Assembly (NCBI GenBank): GCA_016748015.1
Contig: JAAOMT010000530.1
Location: forward strand, 39,067 to 48,564
Source: Geosiphon pyriformis uo1
Lineage: Eukaryota > Fungi > Glomeromycota
Direction of reading: 5' to 3'
DNA: 9,498 nucleotides
The notes beneath the pieces are model-generated. The model was not told the origin of the DNA. It did no database searches and was given only the letters and a program-made list of their open reading frames with translations. The position numbers and the translations under genes were made by a program. This document shows, piece by piece, positions 8,585 through 9,498 of this stretch (position 1 is the stretch's first letter; each line of letters starts with the position of its first letter).

Positions 8585-9498
8585 TTATCTTTTTATGATT
8601 TGACAAACTTCATACTCCTCGACAGAAAAATACACCTGTTGATTTTCTGATCCAAGTAGAGCATGTTCATAATCACTTGCATTTTTACAAAAGCACCCTG
8701 AACTATTTTTAAAATCATTGCCACATAATTCAATATTGACATTTCCAAAAGCGGGTCCACAGTTTGAACCACTATAAGGTCCTAATCTTGTAACTGATTT
8801 GCTAAGTATAGCATTTTCAGTTTTATCATCTCCAAGAGAAAAAATAAAACTTCCTTTTCCCTCTAAATATCCATTCCTAGAATGCCAAGATTGTGGGTTA
8901 AAGCCGCCAATTATCTGACCAGTTCCTTTAACTTTGATTACGCTAACTGTTGCTCCTTTATCATCGCATAATCGATGAAAATCTGCTGGGGTAAATCCGT
9001 CTCGACTTCCACGAAGTAACAATTTAAAATTATTTTCAAGTTGATTTCCAAAAGGAGTAGTGTCATCTTTGCCTTGAATCCAATGATCAAGCTGTTTTAT
9101 GTTTTGCGATTTAAGAAGCTTTGTATCAATATTTGATCGAGTCAAACGTAATGGCTGAGCGTCTACAGACTTTTGATGACTACCCGGTACGAGATAATGA
9201 TGTAAAAGATCTTCATATAAAGTTCCAGGTATGATTTTTGCAAATGGTTTTACTTTGTGATAGAAGTCAACTGAAGATATGTTAAAGAAGCGGATTAAAG
9301 GTAGAAGCCTTTCGATGGATTCCTTAAAGGCGTTAAAGTTTTCATCTGTCCAGTAAAGAACTTTTTTCGTCTGAATATCGCTATCCAATTTAGCAACTCC
9401 CAATTCTACAATCTTTTCCCATATTTCAGATTCTTCTATATTTATTTCATCCTGGGTTAAAATTGAGACAAGAGCATTTTCACTAAGGGAGGTAAAAT
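8585..9498 (-). CDS. 3' part of a (BTB)-BACK-TLDc domain protein; the 5' end is outside the window
   Basis: The frame stays open to the window end (FTSLSENALVSILTQDEINIEESEIWEKIVELGVAK...LLPLIRFFNIS, BACK-like). TLDc motifs follow: FKLLLRGSRDGF, FHRLCDDKGATV, IIGGFNP, SFIFSL, GPAFG, VEEYEV. The stop TAA is at 8587-8585. A BTB domain upstream is inferred from the usual family architecture. Confidence 0.93.
   Translation of the reverse strand, partial: FTSLSENALVSILTQDEINIEESEIWEKIVELGVAKLDSDIQTKKVLYWTDENFNAFKESIERLLPLIRFFNISSVDFYHKVKPFAKIIPGTLYEDLLHHYLVPGSHQKSVDAQPLRLTRSNIDTKLLKSQNIKQLDHWIQGKDDTTPFGNQLENNFKLLLRGSRDGFTPADFHRLCDDKGATVSVIKVKGTGQIIGGFNPQSWHSRNGYLEGKGSFIFSLGDDKTENAILSKSVTRLGPYSGSNCGPAFGNVNIELCGNDFKNSSGCFCKNASDYEHALLGSENQQVYFSVEEYEVCQIIKR

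Noticed and set aside
1-9498. CRISPR array, rRNA, tRNA or telomeric repeats
   Set aside because: I saw no regularly spaced direct repeats, recognisable structural RNA or TTAGGG arrays.

Overview
AT-rich eukaryotic DNA with GT-AG introns of 76-85 nt. It is probably from a Glomeromycotina/Mucoromycota fungus, inferred from the BACK-TLDc gene, Sel1-repeat relic and intron size. The main structure is a perfect 355-bp inverted repeat (1-355 / 4283-4637; the left arm is cut by the window edge) enclosing a 3927-bp spacer. The arms are not ordinary TIRs: they consist of the 3' end of a dead Tc1 (DD34E-type) transposon plus about 200 bp of flank. The spacer holds one apparently intact 7-exon minus-strand gene (632-2538, 476 aa), which the ORF track splits into pieces. 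It encodes a membrane-anchored protein with a sequon-rich beta-strand-repeat (DUF4097/adhesin-like) C-terminal domain. To the right are the rest of the Tc1 relic, decayed gene fragments including Sel1 repeats, a very AT-rich degraded block, and the 3' part of a (BTB)-BACK-TLDc gene running off the window. An amplification or assembly artefact for the inverted repeat cannot be excluded from sequence alone.
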